A stretch of DNA of 64,000 nt from an uncultured Desulfosarcina sp. (GCA_963674945.2 CAXXWQ010000002.1:288001-352000); one strand, 5' to 3'; counted from the first letter of the stretch, positions 40,943 to 50,906 are shown. Notes: generated by a model not told the origin, from the letters alone. Made by a program: numbers and translations.

Positions 40943-42541
40943 TCAAAAGAAGATCAGGGTTACCACCGCAAAGGACGGCAGCAGAAATACAATCGAATAT
41001 TTCAAAATATAACCGAAAAAGCTGGGCATTGGCGTCCCCGCCTCTTCCGAGATGGACCGGACCATGAAGTTGGGGGCGTTGCCGATATAGCTGAAAGCAC
41101 CGAAGAAAACGGCGCCGGCGGCGATGGCTTCCAGGTACAGGGCCTTTTCCGTCATGAGAAGGGGAACCGCCTGTGCTTCGGCCATGCCCGGGTAATGGCT
41201 TCCCAAGGCCGTATTGAAAAATGTCAGATAGGTGGGGGCGTTGTCCAGAAAACCGGAGAGGGCGCCGGTAACCCAGAAGTAGTGAACCGGCTCCTTTACG
41301 GCGTTGATCAATAATGCCAGCTGGCCGTTGGCACCGGCCTTTAAAAGCAACAGGCACGGAATCATGGTGATGAAGATGCCAACGAACAAATAGGCCACCT
41401 CGATGATGGGAAACCACGTGAAATCATTGTCCTCCCGGATCTCCACGGCCGTTGTGGCCATGGAAAGAAGGCCCATGATGATCAACAGGCCGTCCCGGAC
41501 CCAGTCTTGAACGCCGCGATGGACGCCCATGATGTTGATATGCCCCCAGTCCACCATGCCGCTCATCAACACGGAACCGACGATTCCGATCAAAAAGAGA
41601 AAATTATGGGTGCCCACGAGTTTTAGAGATGATTTTTTCGCCTCATCCGCCGGAACGCGTCCGGTCTCTTTTCGATAGTGATACCAGTCGAGAAAAAAGT
41701 AGACGCAGAGCAGCAGGCCGACGACGGTGAGCATATGGGGCAGGATCTTGAAAGTCCAGAAAAAGGAGACACCGTGCAGGAATCCCAAAAAAAGTGGCGG
41801 ATCTCCCAACGGGGTCAAGGACCCGCCCACGTTGGCCACGAGGAAAATGAAAAAAACCACCATGAAGGTTCGGTTCTTGCGAAAATTGTTGGCCCGCAAA
41901 AGTGGTCGAATCAGGAGCATGGCCGCTCCGGTGGTACCCATCCAGGAGGAAAGGACGGTTCCCAGCAGCATGATGATTACGTTGACCACGGGAGTTCCCC
42001 GAAGGGAGCCTTTCAGCAAAATGCCTCCGGATACGGTGTACAAAGACCACAGCAATATGATGAATGGAACATAGTCGGCCAAAAGGATGTGGATGATTTC
42101 ATACAAGGCCGCTGTCTTGTAAGTGATCAGAAACGGAACGGCCATGGTGGCGGCCCAGAAAGCAGACACCTTTCCGAAGTGGTGGTGCCAGAACTCCGGC
42201 GCTGCCAGGGGAAAAAGGGCGATAGACAGCAGCATGCAGGCAAAGGGAATACAACTCCACAAGGGCAAAATCGGCCCCAGGTCGACATGTCCGTGGTGTC
42301 CTCCCACGGAAGTCGCGTCTTCACCATGTTGTGTCGTGTGGTCTGCGTCCCCATGGGGAGTTGCCGCGGCAACGGCCTTTTGGTGGGAATCGGATCCTTG
42401 TGCCGGCACAAAGGCCCAGGAAGAAGAGGGGGGGGAGGAAACGGCGATGAAAAAAGAAAAAAGCCACAGCGTGATTTTGATCAAGGGGCCACAAGATTTG
42501 TTCATGGGTTGTCCGATCTCCCCCATTGTAACCTGAGCCAA
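40943..42541 (-). CDS. Putative Na+/H+ antiporter (ion transporter superfamily)
   Basis: Many TM helices; GTTGAAML, ANVGGSLTPLGDPP, LDNAPTY and YIGNAPNFMV motifs; His-rich N-terminal loop; start uncertain. Confidence 0.85.
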   Translation of the reverse strand: MAQVTMGEIGQPMNKSCGPLIKITLWLFSFFIAVSSPPSSSWAFVPAQGSDSHQKAVAAATPHGDADHTTQHGEDATSVGGHHGHVDLGPILPLWSCIPFACMLLSIALFPLAAPEFWHHHFGKVSAFWAATMAVPFLITYKTAALYEIIHILLADYVPFIILLWSLYTVSGGILLKGSLRGTPVVNVIIMLLGTVLSSWMGTTGAAMLLIRPLLRANNFRKNRTFMVVFFIFLVANVGGSLTPLGDPPLFLGFLHGVSFFWTFKILPHMLTVVGLLLCVYFFLDWYHYRKETGRVPADEAKKSSLKLVGTHNFLFLIGIVGSVLMSGMVDWGHINIMGVHRGVQDWVRDGLLIIMGLLSMATTAVEIREDNDFTWFPIIEVAYLFVGIFITMIPCLLLLKAGANGQLALLINAVKEPVHYFWVTGALSGFLDNAPTYLTFFNTALGSHYPGMAEAQAVPLLMTEKALYLEAIAAGAVFFGAFSYIGNAPNFMVRSISEEAGTPMPSFFGYILKYSIVFLLPSFAVVTLIFF

Positions 42542-42875
42542 TGGCGTCCTTCCCCCCTGATGGATACAAAAAAACGTTTCGATGGACCCGATGGGGGCAT
42601 GGACAAGCGTGCAAATCAGGTCAGTCCGTGGATGGAACGAATTGTCGGATGATTCGCAGCGGCGCCTTTTTGTCTTTCGTTCCCGTCGTACATCCAGTAC
42701 AGCAACGAGAAGGGATCTCCATCCACTCCATGATGTTGTATAACTATTAGATATGAAATGAAATGTTTACTTTATAATACGGATTCCGATTTATTGTCAA
42801 CCGGTTTGACAAGGGTGGCGGATTGTGAAATTTACGAATCGTTTTGGAAAGAAAAATCGATATGGGAGAAATAAA

Positions 42876-43409
42876 ATGGAAAAAAATACAAATCCGGACA
42901 TGATCGTTGACTTTATTTCCGGTCATTCGGTCGCCAACGTCGGCGCCGAGGCCAATCGCCAGCAGGTGGAACGGTATCTGATCCAAGAAAAAGGGTATCT
43001 GCGCGAGGATGTGCAGGTGGATGCTCCCATTGATGTGGAAATCGATGGAGAAGTATATCGATCGGTGGTGGATTTGGTCGTTCGCATCGACGGCAGGCCG
43101 CTGATTGCATTTAAATGCGCTGCCGGCTCATTGGGTTCGAGAGAGCGGGAGATCGTTTCGGCGGCTCGGCTTTTCGCCGATACACCCATCCCTCTGGCCG
43201 TGGTTTCCGATGGGGTCGATGCAACGGTTTTGGAGGTGACGAAGGGGAAAAAAGTCGGGAACGGGCTGTCTGCCATTCCCGATCGTGCCCAAGCCGTCGA
43301 TCTGGCCCAAAAGGATCTGTTGCCACCCATCGCCCCCGACCGGCTGGAAAGGGAAAAATTGGTGTTCCGGTCCTACGATTCCATGAATGTCAACGTGCGG
43401 GGGCGATAA
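42876..43409 (+). CDS. Stand-alone HsdR N-terminal-like domain protein
   Basis: E..RQ.VERYLI.EKGY, DLVV...KC and AVVSDG motifs resemble HSDR_N. Confidence 0.7.
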   Translation: MEKNTNPDMIVDFISGHSVANVGAEANRQQVERYLIQEKGYLREDVQVDAPIDVEIDGEVYRSVVDLVVRIDGRPLIAFKCAAGSLGSREREIVSAARLFADTPIPLAVVSDGVDATVLEVTKGKKVGNGLSAIPDRAQAVDLAQKDLLPPIAPDRLEREKLVFRSYDSMNVNVRGR

Positions 43410-43443
43410 GTGATGGGAAAGAAGGCGTTTCGCCTATCGCCTT

Positions 43444-43974
43444 CTATGTAAACTCATAGGCCTGCACGATCTTGTCCGTAAACCGCATCCAGGGACCGCG
43501 TCGCTGTGACGCGTACCGGCACAGTCGCCCCCACCATTGTTCCCCCGACAGCACCAGATGAACGGAGTAGTCCCGTTTGTCAACGATGCCGTCGATCTCA
43601 ATCTGTTCGATTCCGAATCGGCCATAATCCGGACCAAGCATCATGGCCGCGGCGATGACATCGATGCTGTGTTTCCGGGCCAGCACCGAGCCGTACAATT
43701 TGGCCAGGGCCACCGGCCGGCTGTCATAGCGAAGGCTTTTGGCAATGGCCCGTATCCGGTCGACGGTAAAATGGTGGAGTTGCACCGGGCAGCCGTAGTT
43801 TTTTTTCATGATGGACAACGGAGGGTTGTTGGTGACGGCAAGAAGATCGATATCCTTGGGGGGGTGGTCCACCGGGGCGCCGGTCTTCAGTCGTGCAAGG
43901 GAACCGAAGAGTACGAGCGCCTTGATGTGGTAATCCTTCATCTCTGCCGTGATTCGGTCCACGACAGAGATCAT
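43444..43974 (-). CDS. Minimal nucleotidyltransferase-domain protein
   Basis: LVLFGSLAR...KDIDLLAV (GS...DxD); start uncertain. Confidence 0.7.
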   Translation of the reverse strand: MISVVDRITAEMKDYHIKALVLFGSLARLKTGAPVDHPPKDIDLLAVTNNPPLSIMKKNYGCPVQLHHFTVDRIRAIAKSLRYDSRPVALAKLYGSVLARKHSIDVIAAAMMLGPDYGRFGIEQIEIDGIVDKRDYSVHLVLSGEQWWGRLCRYASQRRGPWMRFTDKIVQAYEFT

Positions 43975-43999
43975 CGACGCCAGCTTCTTTTCATCGGTA

Positions 44000-44677
44000 T
44001 TAACAGCCGGCAACTTCTTTCCCACAATGCTTGCACACCTTGGCTCGCTTTTTAATGATTTCGGCGCAAAATGGGCACTCACGGGTATAGAATCGTTCAT
44101 GGATCTTGGTAACGGCCGAATTCACCTGTTCCTGGAGACGCTCATTGCCGAATTTCAGGTTTCGAATGGGTTCGATCGACTCCAATTCTCCGATGTCGCC
44201 AATCATCTCCGCCGCTTTCAGACGCACTCGCACCGGCTCCGCCGCATCCATGAGGAGCCGCAGTATGGTGACGCCATCTTTATTCACGTAGCAATCCGCA
44301 AGGATCGAAAATCCCTTTTTGATGTTCTGTTTCAACGCCTCCTGTTCGGCAAGGATCTTGTCGTCGATCATCTGGCCCTTTGCCCCGATCGGACTGAACA
44401 CGGGAATCAATTCGAACTGCCTGGTTCCGGGAAAGTTGATGCAACGATAGGAGGCGTGGTGGGCATAATTATCCATCATATTTTCCCACCCTTTGGTATA
44501 CAGGGGGCACTCGTCGTTGAAACACATGAACAAATAGGGGGTTCCCCATCCCAGTCCATCTCCAACGTTTATGGGCGGCACTTCCCAGATGTTCATTGCG
44601 GTGCCACAGTGGGGGCAGATCGGTTTTTCCATGCCCATTACCTTTTCCAACACTTCCTCTTTTGTTTCAAAAGCCAT
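44000..44677 (-). CDS. Zinc-ribbon/HEAT-repeat protein
   Basis: CPHC...CFNDEC at the N-terminus, HEAT-like VRLKAAEMIG, C-terminal CPFCAE...CKHC; GGAGG RBS. Confidence 0.8.
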   Translation of the reverse strand: MAFETKEEVLEKVMGMEKPICPHCGTAMNIWEVPPINVGDGLGWGTPYLFMCFNDECPLYTKGWENMMDNYAHHASYRCINFPGTRQFELIPVFSPIGAKGQMIDDKILAEQEALKQNIKKGFSILADCYVNKDGVTILRLLMDAAEPVRVRLKAAEMIGDIGELESIEPIRNLKFGNERLQEQVNSAVTKIHERFYTRECPFCAEIIKKRAKVCKHCGKEVAGC

Positions 44678-44968
44678 CCATATGCCTCCATGTTCTCGGT
44701 CGCTTACGAATCCGTGGAAATTTATGAAATACCCGACGGGCAGTCAGTTGCGTTAACCTAAGGCGTGCTTGTTGGTTGTCAACCACTGACAACTTCGAAA
44801 ACGCTTTTCCAGGCCAGGCACGGCCAGACAACCCTATCGTAAAGGGCTCATTTTTCCGTTTATTGCCGATGGTCAAAATGGAAAAAAGTCTTTTCTTGTT
44901 TCGTTCCCCCATAAATCCCATATCTGCGTTACGCTTCATCGGCTGTGGGAAAAAAGTGAAAAAAAGAT

Positions 44969-44995
44969 TAAAGTTACCAAAAGAGTCTGCCGATA
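44969..44995 (+). promoter_or_regulatory. Putative sigma-28 (FliA) promoter
   Basis: TAAAGTT...GCCGATA (TAAA-N16-GCCGATA) about 100 bp upstream of the ATG at 45098. Confidence 0.7.
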
Positions 44996-45097
44996 CCACT
45001 TTCGGGTGACATAGGCTCCTTTGATCGATACGATGAAACATCGGTCAGCGGATTCACACTCGGTGACAAAGGATGAACGAACCGAAAGGAGGTGCTC

Positions 45098-45439
45098 ATG
45101 GAGATCAACACAACCAAACCTGTTGGTGATCCGACCCGAGGACCGGAAAAGACGCAATCAGTAGAACGAACCAGACGGGAAGAGCCGGAAACGAAAGATC
45201 AACCCTCAACACAGGAGACCTCACGAACACAGGAGACCCAGGGCGATCGAATCAGCCTGTCCAGGCAGGCCCTGGCGGAATTGAAGAGTGATCGATCCGT
45301 GGGGCAGTCCGGCGATGAAGTCGATCTATCCGAGGATGAGGCCAGTCGGATATCCCAGAAGGCTTCCGTCCAGCTGGCCCAAACCAATGCCTCCATCTCC
45401 AACAATGCCATTCAAAGGGCGATTGATCTGTTTACCTGA
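45098..45439 (+). CDS. Hypothetical low-complexity protein, possibly flagellum-associated
   Basis: AAGGAGG RBS; hydrophilic, with a DRISLS motif; follows a sigma-28-like promoter. Confidence 0.7.
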   Translation: MEINTTKPVGDPTRGPEKTQSVERTRREEPETKDQPSTQETSRTQETQGDRISLSRQALAELKSDRSVGQSGDEVDLSEDEASRISQKASVQLAQTNASISNNAIQRAIDLFT

Positions 45440-45709
45440 TCTTGCTTACCGCCTGTTTTCGGTTCTTTTCCCCCCTTCGTTCCGATACTGACGGATGGCG
45501 TCCGTCGTCCTGCGTCCAGCCCATGGCCAGAATGATCCGTGGTCAGGGCGATGACATCGTGGCTGCCCAGCATCCTCCTGGGCATGGTGAAATCCAGCAT
45601 TTCCTTTCCTTTTGAAACGAATTTGGCTATTATTCACGACTTCGTTCGATTGTCAGGATAAAACAGGTTGTATGCCGACGCCACACATGATCAGATGATT
45701 GAAAATGAG

Positions 45710-46504
45710 ATGAAGATATTTGATAGTCACTGCCATCTGGATGATCCAATTTTCGAATCCGATTTTGCCGCTGTGCTGGACCGTGCCCATGAATCGAATG
45801 TTCACGGCATGGTGATCGCCGGGATTGACTACCATACATCGAAACGTGCCATAGCGCTGTCAAATCGTTACAAAGGCCTTTTCGCATCGGTTGGCGTTCA
45901 CCCCCATGATGCGCGATCCTGTTCGGAAAAGGTGTTGGATCGTCTAACTGCATTGGCCGATGATCCAAATGTGGTGGCTTGGGGAGAGACCGGACTGGAT
46001 TTCAATCGGATGCACTCTTGCAAAGAAGATCAGGAGCGATGGTTCATTCGGCAACTGGAGATTGCCGATGGACTGGAATTGCCGTTGATCCTGCATGAGC
46101 GGGACAGCGGAGGGCGACTATTGGAAATTTTACAATCCACGCCTGCTCGCCGTCGGGACGCCGTGGTCCATTGTTTCAGCGGTACCAAAACCGAATTGGA
46201 CAACTACCTGGACATGGGCTTTTATATCGGTATTACCGGGATCGTCACGATCAAGAAGAGAGGTGAGGCATTGCGGCGGATGATTCCGGACATCCCGTTA
46301 CATCGATTGCTGGTGGAGACGGATGCCCCCTACCTGACGCCAGCACCCCAAAAAAACAGGCATCGGCGGAACGAGCCGGCCTTCGTCCGCCAGGTGCTGC
46401 GGAAGGTGGCGCAGGTCCGCCATGAGGACCCCGAAGTGCTGGCCGAACAGATTTGGGATAATACGTGTCGGTTGTTTCGACTTCCAAATACAGGCTGTAG
46501 GTGA
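45710..46504 (+). CDS. TatD family hydrolase
   Basis: DSHCHL, GVHPH, GETGLD, HCFSG and ETDAPYL motifs. Confidence 0.94.
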   Translation: MKIFDSHCHLDDPIFESDFAAVLDRAHESNVHGMVIAGIDYHTSKRAIALSNRYKGLFASVGVHPHDARSCSEKVLDRLTALADDPNVVAWGETGLDFNRMHSCKEDQERWFIRQLEIADGLELPLILHERDSGGRLLEILQSTPARRRDAVVHCFSGTKTELDNYLDMGFYIGITGIVTIKKRGEALRRMIPDIPLHRLLVETDAPYLTPAPQKNRHRRNEPAFVRQVLRKVAQVRHEDPEVLAEQIWDNTCRLFRLPNTGCR

Positions 46505-46582
46505 ATAGGCTGTAGACGATAGGACAAAGACGCAACGCCTTCGACCCAACCACCTAACAGCCTAAATACCTATTATGGCCTG
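46491..46582. repeat. Inverted AGGCTGT/ACAGCCT heptamer-type repeat pair (short form)
   Basis: CAGGCTGTAGGTGAATAGGCTGTAG...CCTAACAGCCTAAATACCTA. Confidence 0.6.
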
Positions 46583-46587
46583 AATAC

Positions 46588-47781
46588 CTATTTTTCCGCC
46601 ATCAGATGCCGCACCGCCTTTTCCAATCCATCGATGGAAAGTTCGAACATGGGAAATATCTGTTGGATCATGACGGTGGTGCGGGTATAGGACCAATGGG
46701 AAGCAGACGCGGGATTGAGCCAGACGCTGTGGGGAAAGGTACTGACAAGCATTCGCAAACATTCGATACTGGGCCGTCCGCTTCGGTCCCGGACATGAAT
46801 GGAGCCGTCACGGGACATCAATTCGTAAGGCGCCATGCTGGCATCGCCGACAATAATCAACCGTGACTCCGGATCCATTCGGGCCATTTCGTTCATGGTC
46901 ACCGGCCGGCGATAGCGCGCCGGATCCTTCCAGATGGTCTCGTAAATGGTGTTGTGAAAATAAAGGGTTTTCACCTCTTTGAACTGCGCATTCGCATAGT
47001 CGAAAAGGGTCTGCACGACGGAAACGTATGGATCCATGGACCAGCCTCCGTTGTCGATGGCCAGAATGACCTTCAGGCGATCCTTCATGCGCCGATCGAA
47101 GGCGATCTCGATCTCTCCACCGTTTTTCATGGTGCGGTAAATCGTTTCTTCTATGTTCACCTGATCCTTGGGGCCTTCGGGCCTCATGTTTCTCAGTCGT
47201 TTCAGCGCTTCCCCCACCATGTCCTGGGTGAGGGGCCCGGAAAGAGCGTAGTTGCGGTAGCGACGATCCATGGCCACCTTGACGGCCGACATGTTTCGCG
47301 CTACGCCGAACACCCGCATGCCGCCCGGATGGTCGCCGTAGTTGCCCAAGGGCGATACCCCTGCCGTGCCGATCCACTTGTCTCCGCCGTCGTGACGACG
47401 ATCCTGTTCCTTCAATTTTTTCTTGAAGTATTCGATGAGTTCTTCCGGGGTCATCCGGGCCATCGCGCTTTCGTCCAGCCCCATGATCCTTGCCATCTCC
47501 TTGGGATCCTTCAACCACTGCTCCAGCAACGTCCGCGCCAGTTCATCGATCTGCAGCCCCTCCGTTTCGGGCAGTTCGACGCCGTGAAAATGGTTGGCGA
47601 ATACCTGATCGAAGATGTCGAAATAGCGTTCGCTTTTCACGAGGATCGCCCTGGACGCCGTGTAGAACTGATTCAGCGTGGAGATGAGCCCACTGGACAG
47701 GGCCCGGTGGAGGGTAAGAAACGCCGTCGGGCTGACGGGTATCCCCATCTCCTTTAACTTGTAGAAAAAGGCCAGAAACAT
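46588..47781 (-). CDS. VWA-domain (CoxE-like) protein
   Basis: MIDAS-like DNGGSM variant (DNGGWSM), YFHN, VGDASMAPYEL and WLNP motifs; next to MoxR. Confidence 0.85.
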   Translation of the reverse strand: MFLAFFYKLKEMGIPVSPTAFLTLHRALSSGLISTLNQFYTASRAILVKSERYFDIFDQVFANHFHGVELPETEGLQIDELARTLLEQWLKDPKEMARIMGLDESAMARMTPEELIEYFKKKLKEQDRRHDGGDKWIGTAGVSPLGNYGDHPGGMRVFGVARNMSAVKVAMDRRYRNYALSGPLTQDMVGEALKRLRNMRPEGPKDQVNIEETIYRTMKNGGEIEIAFDRRMKDRLKVILAIDNGGWSMDPYVSVVQTLFDYANAQFKEVKTLYFHNTIYETIWKDPARYRRPVTMNEMARMDPESRLIIVGDASMAPYELMSRDGSIHVRDRSGRPSIECLRMLVSTFPHSVWLNPASASHWSYTRTTVMIQQIFPMFELSIDGLEKAVRHLMAEK

Positions 47782-47783
47782 GA

Positions 47784-48638
47784 TCAGAAATTCTTGCGGC
47801 GGGTTACGAAGCCATTGGCCCGTTCATAATCACCGCTTTTTTTGAACAATACGCCGAGAAAGGGAACGTCTCCCTTGTTCAATCGTTTCGGTTTGAAATC
47901 CGGATCGGCACTCAATGCACGGATCCAGTTGATCAGCTCCCGCGTGGCGGGACGCTTTTCGATGCCCTCTATGTCGCGCATGCGATAGAAGGTGGCGATG
48001 GCATTTTCCGCCAGTTCATCGTGAATGTCGGGAAAATGGACGCCGATGATTTTCCGCATGATCTTGGGGTCCGGGAAGGCGATATGGTGGAAGTTGCATC
48101 GCCCCAGAAAGGGATCGGAAAGGTCCTTTTTGGCGTTGGATGTGATGATGATCACCGGGCGGTTGCGGGCCGATATGGTCTTGTCGATTTCGATGATGTC
48201 GAACTCCATCTGGTCCAGCACGTCCAGCATATCGTCCTGAAAGTCGGTGTCCGCCTTGTCGATCTCGTCGATGAGCAGCACCGTTCTTTTTTCGGCCATG
48301 AATGCCTGGCCGATCTTTCCCATCTTGATGTATTCTTCGATGTTGCTCACGTCCCGCCTGCTGTCGCCGAAACGGCTGTCGTTCAGCCGCGTCAGGGTGT
48401 CGTACTGATACAGACCTTCCACCAGTTTCATACTGGATTTGACGTTAAGAACGATAAGGGGCATGTGCAGTCTCTCGGCGATGGCGTGGGCCAGCATGGT
48501 CTTGCCGGTGCCCGGTTCACCTTTGAGCAGAAGCGGCATTTCCAGGGCCATGGAGATGTTTACGATTTGGGCCAGTTCCTCGTCGAGGACATAACGTGTC
48601 GCGCCGGTAAAGACGGCATTGGGTTTGCTTGTGGACAT
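47784..48638 (-). CDS. MoxR family AAA+ ATPase
   Basis: Walker A GEPGTGKT, Walker B LLIDEIDKAD and ITSN motifs. Confidence 0.93.
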   Translation of the reverse strand: MSTSKPNAVFTGATRYVLDEELAQIVNISMALEMPLLLKGEPGTGKTMLAHAIAERLHMPLIVLNVKSSMKLVEGLYQYDTLTRLNDSRFGDSRRDVSNIEEYIKMGKIGQAFMAEKRTVLLIDEIDKADTDFQDDMLDVLDQMEFDIIEIDKTISARNRPVIIITSNAKKDLSDPFLGRCNFHHIAFPDPKIMRKIIGVHFPDIHDELAENAIATFYRMRDIEGIEKRPATRELINWIRALSADPDFKPKRLNKGDVPFLGVLFKKSGDYERANGFVTRRKNF

Positions 48639-48667
48639 GAATACCTCTTTTTGTGGACCATAAAGTG

Positions 48668-48820
48668 TGATGAACTCGTAAAAAGTTGGATTTCGGACCG
48701 CTTCGTAAAAAGTTCGAGATCAAGGCTTGCGAATCCCGAGAAATGAGGCGTATTACCGATATGTCGCAGTGACGAGGGATGAAGCGTAACGCCGATATCG
48801 GACTTTTTACGAAGCGGTCA
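48668..48820. repeat. MITE-like element family B
   Basis: Perfect 18-bp inverted repeat GACCGCTTCGTAAAAAGT (48696-48713) / ACTTTTTACGAAGCGGTC (48802-48819); solo ends near 26011-26032 and 57103-57127. Confidence 0.8.
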
Positions 48821-49885
48821 CGTTTCACGAAGCCTGGCGGATAGATCCCGGGTAAGGGCCAGCACCCGCTTGGCCAGTTCCAGGGAAAGTGAGCCCATTC
48901 CGCAACTGGGCGTGATGAAGGATTGGTTCCGAATGGTTTCGGGCGCGATGCCAAGGGCTTCGACCTGCGCGAAGTGTTGTAACAACATGCCACGCAGAGA
49001 ATCCACGGTTTCTTTTTCTATGGCTTCTTGCTGCAATGTGGGAACGATACCCCAGGCGAGAAATCCACCGGCTGCCAGATAATCGCGGATTTGGGCGCCG
49101 TAGAGGATGAATCGGTCGAAATAGGCATAGGCGTCGAAGTTGACGATGTCCGCGCCTGATTCCAAAACCAGCGACCAGTCCGTATTGGCGCATACGTGAA
49201 TACCGGCCAGGCCGCCATCGGCATGGATGGCGGCGATGACCTCACGCAGCGATGCGAGGATCTCGTCCTTGGAAATGCTGATCATTTCCGACGAGCCGAA
49301 TCCTGCCAGGGCCGGTTCGTCCAAAAAGATAATTACCGGGCAACCCGGGCCGGACAAGGACTGGATTTGCCATCGGGCATTCAACGACAGGTGTTTGATC
49401 GCCGCATCACGAAGGGTGTCGTTGTAGAATATCGCGCGGCCGTCTTGATCCTTTGCACCGGTGCAAAAGGTGATGGGGCCGGTGACCTGACCCTTGACAG
49501 CCACCGGTGCATTGTCCATCCGACCCAAGGTGTCAACCAGCGCCGCGACCCCTTTTCCGGTTTCTTCGGTCAGGGCAAAACGGGAGCCGGCCAAGCGCTC
49601 GGGTGCCTCGGAGATCGTCATGTAATCTTCGAAAAATGCCAGCAGCTCTTCATCGAAGGATTCGGCGGCCGTATCGATGTAGCAGGTTCCATCCCGGTCT
49701 ACAACGGCCGGCATGCCCGGCATAAACTGTGGTACCATGCCCTCTTGCCGGAAAACCGGTAACTGCACCCATAATGGGATGTCCGGGGTATGGGCCATGA
49801 CCAATTGAGAGGCGGCGCCATGATCGTCCATTGGGAGGCTTCCGATAAGCAGTGGCCGGAATCCGGGCGTAAAATTTTCAGTCAT
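48818..49885 (-). CDS. Single-domain (core) methionine synthase-like protein, MesB-like
   Basis: IGSLP, W.QLP, KGQVTGP and LDEP motifs; Zn ligands HVC...TPSCG; only 355 aa. Confidence 0.75.
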   Translation of the reverse strand: MTENFTPGFRPLLIGSLPMDDHGAASQLVMAHTPDIPLWVQLPVFRQEGMVPQFMPGMPAVVDRDGTCYIDTAAESFDEELLAFFEDYMTISEAPERLAGSRFALTEETGKGVAALVDTLGRMDNAPVAVKGQVTGPITFCTGAKDQDGRAIFYNDTLRDAAIKHLSLNARWQIQSLSGPGCPVIIFLDEPALAGFGSSEMISISKDEILASLREVIAAIHADGGLAGIHVCANTDWSLVLESGADIVNFDAYAYFDRFILYGAQIRDYLAAGGFLAWGIVPTLQQEAIEKETVDSLRGMLLQHFAQVEALGIAPETIRNQSFITPSCGMGSLSLELAKRVLALTRDLSARLRET

Positions 49886-50161
49886 AAATGTTTTTCCGTT
49901 TGTTTTTTTATCGTTGAACTTTTATAGAACTCGTTTATCAATACAAAGCAAAAGAGAAATTTTCAGGAATCCATCAATATTTAAAAGCATATTTTTTACC
50001 ATGGTTGGTCTTTTCGCACAAGGATTGATCGATGCTTTTCCAATGCCTGGATTGACACCCACAGGCCCCGGTGATAATATTTATTGCACGCCTTGCCGAC
50101 GATCCATCGATGAACACCGGCAAACATTGGCGAATTCGATCAGAACAATGTGGGATAGAGA

Positions 50162-50560
50162 ATGAACAACATCATCCCCCTCGATAAAAAGCGCAAGCTA
50201 TCCCGGGATAAACAGGATGCCATCGAACGAAAGCGAAAGCTTTTGGCCGTCAGACAGGTTTTCCGATGTACGCACTGTGTTTCCAAGTGTGAAAAATGCG
50301 GTATCCATATCGATTCTGCCAACAGGCCGGACGAAACGAAATGGCGGGTTCCCTATCATTTCTGCGACAACTGTTCGGAAGAGTACATCGATTACATTAA
50401 GGTCCTCCAAGGGAAAAAAAACGAGGCGCTTTACTGGCATAACGATAGTTGGATGAAGGTGTGGGCCACCTGGATCGAACATCAAGGTGCCATCGACAGT
50501 TACCTGAAATCCAAAGAGTTCGAGCGGTTGCTGGAAGAATTGAGATTTCATCCGAAATAA
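50162..50560 (+). CDS. Cys-rich hypothetical protein
   Basis: CTHC-CEKC-CDNC motifs. Confidence 0.7.
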   Translation: MNNIIPLDKKRKLSRDKQDAIERKRKLLAVRQVFRCTHCVSKCEKCGIHIDSANRPDETKWRVPYHFCDNCSEEYIDYIKVLQGKKNEALYWHNDSWMKVWATWIEHQGAIDSYLKSKEFERLLEELRFHPK

Positions 50561-50648
50561 GCCGAATCTTCATGTTCTTGCACCCCTTTGCGACGGTTCA
50601 ACAAATTCGAGCCCATCATTTTACACCGGTTCATCACAGGAGGAAAAA

Positions 50649-50831
50649 ATGTTTGGAATAGGCATGCCTGAGTTGATTATCATATTGGTCATTATTCTCA
50701 TCATTTTCGGCGTGGGAAAGTTGCCGGAGATTGGTGGCGGCATGGGAAAGGCGATCCGAAATTTCAAAGACGCATCAAACAAAACCGAATCCGAAGAACC
50801 CGAAAAGCTGGAAGACAACAACAAAGCCTAA
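50649..50831 (+). CDS. tatA: Twin-arginine translocase TatA/E
   Basis: [15 protein letters not shown]...[27 protein letters not shown]. Confidence 0.95.
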   Translation: MFGIGMPELIIILVIILIIFGVGKLPEIGGGMGKAIRNFKDASNKTESEEPEKLEDNNKA

Positions 50832-50866
50832 AAAGCCACTTTATCATCGACGAATCCCCTCGTTTC

Positions 50867-50906
50867 ACGGGCCGGCAGAACAGACATGAATCTGCCGGCC
50901 CGTTTT
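50867..50906 (+). terminator. Rho-independent terminator after tatA
   Basis: ACGGGCCGGCAGA...TCTGCCGGCCCGT followed by a T-run. Confidence 0.7.

Noticed and set aside
46588..48638. MoxR/VWA pair as a novel system
   Set aside because: This is a common, widely described chaperone-like gene pair with no unusual partner here.
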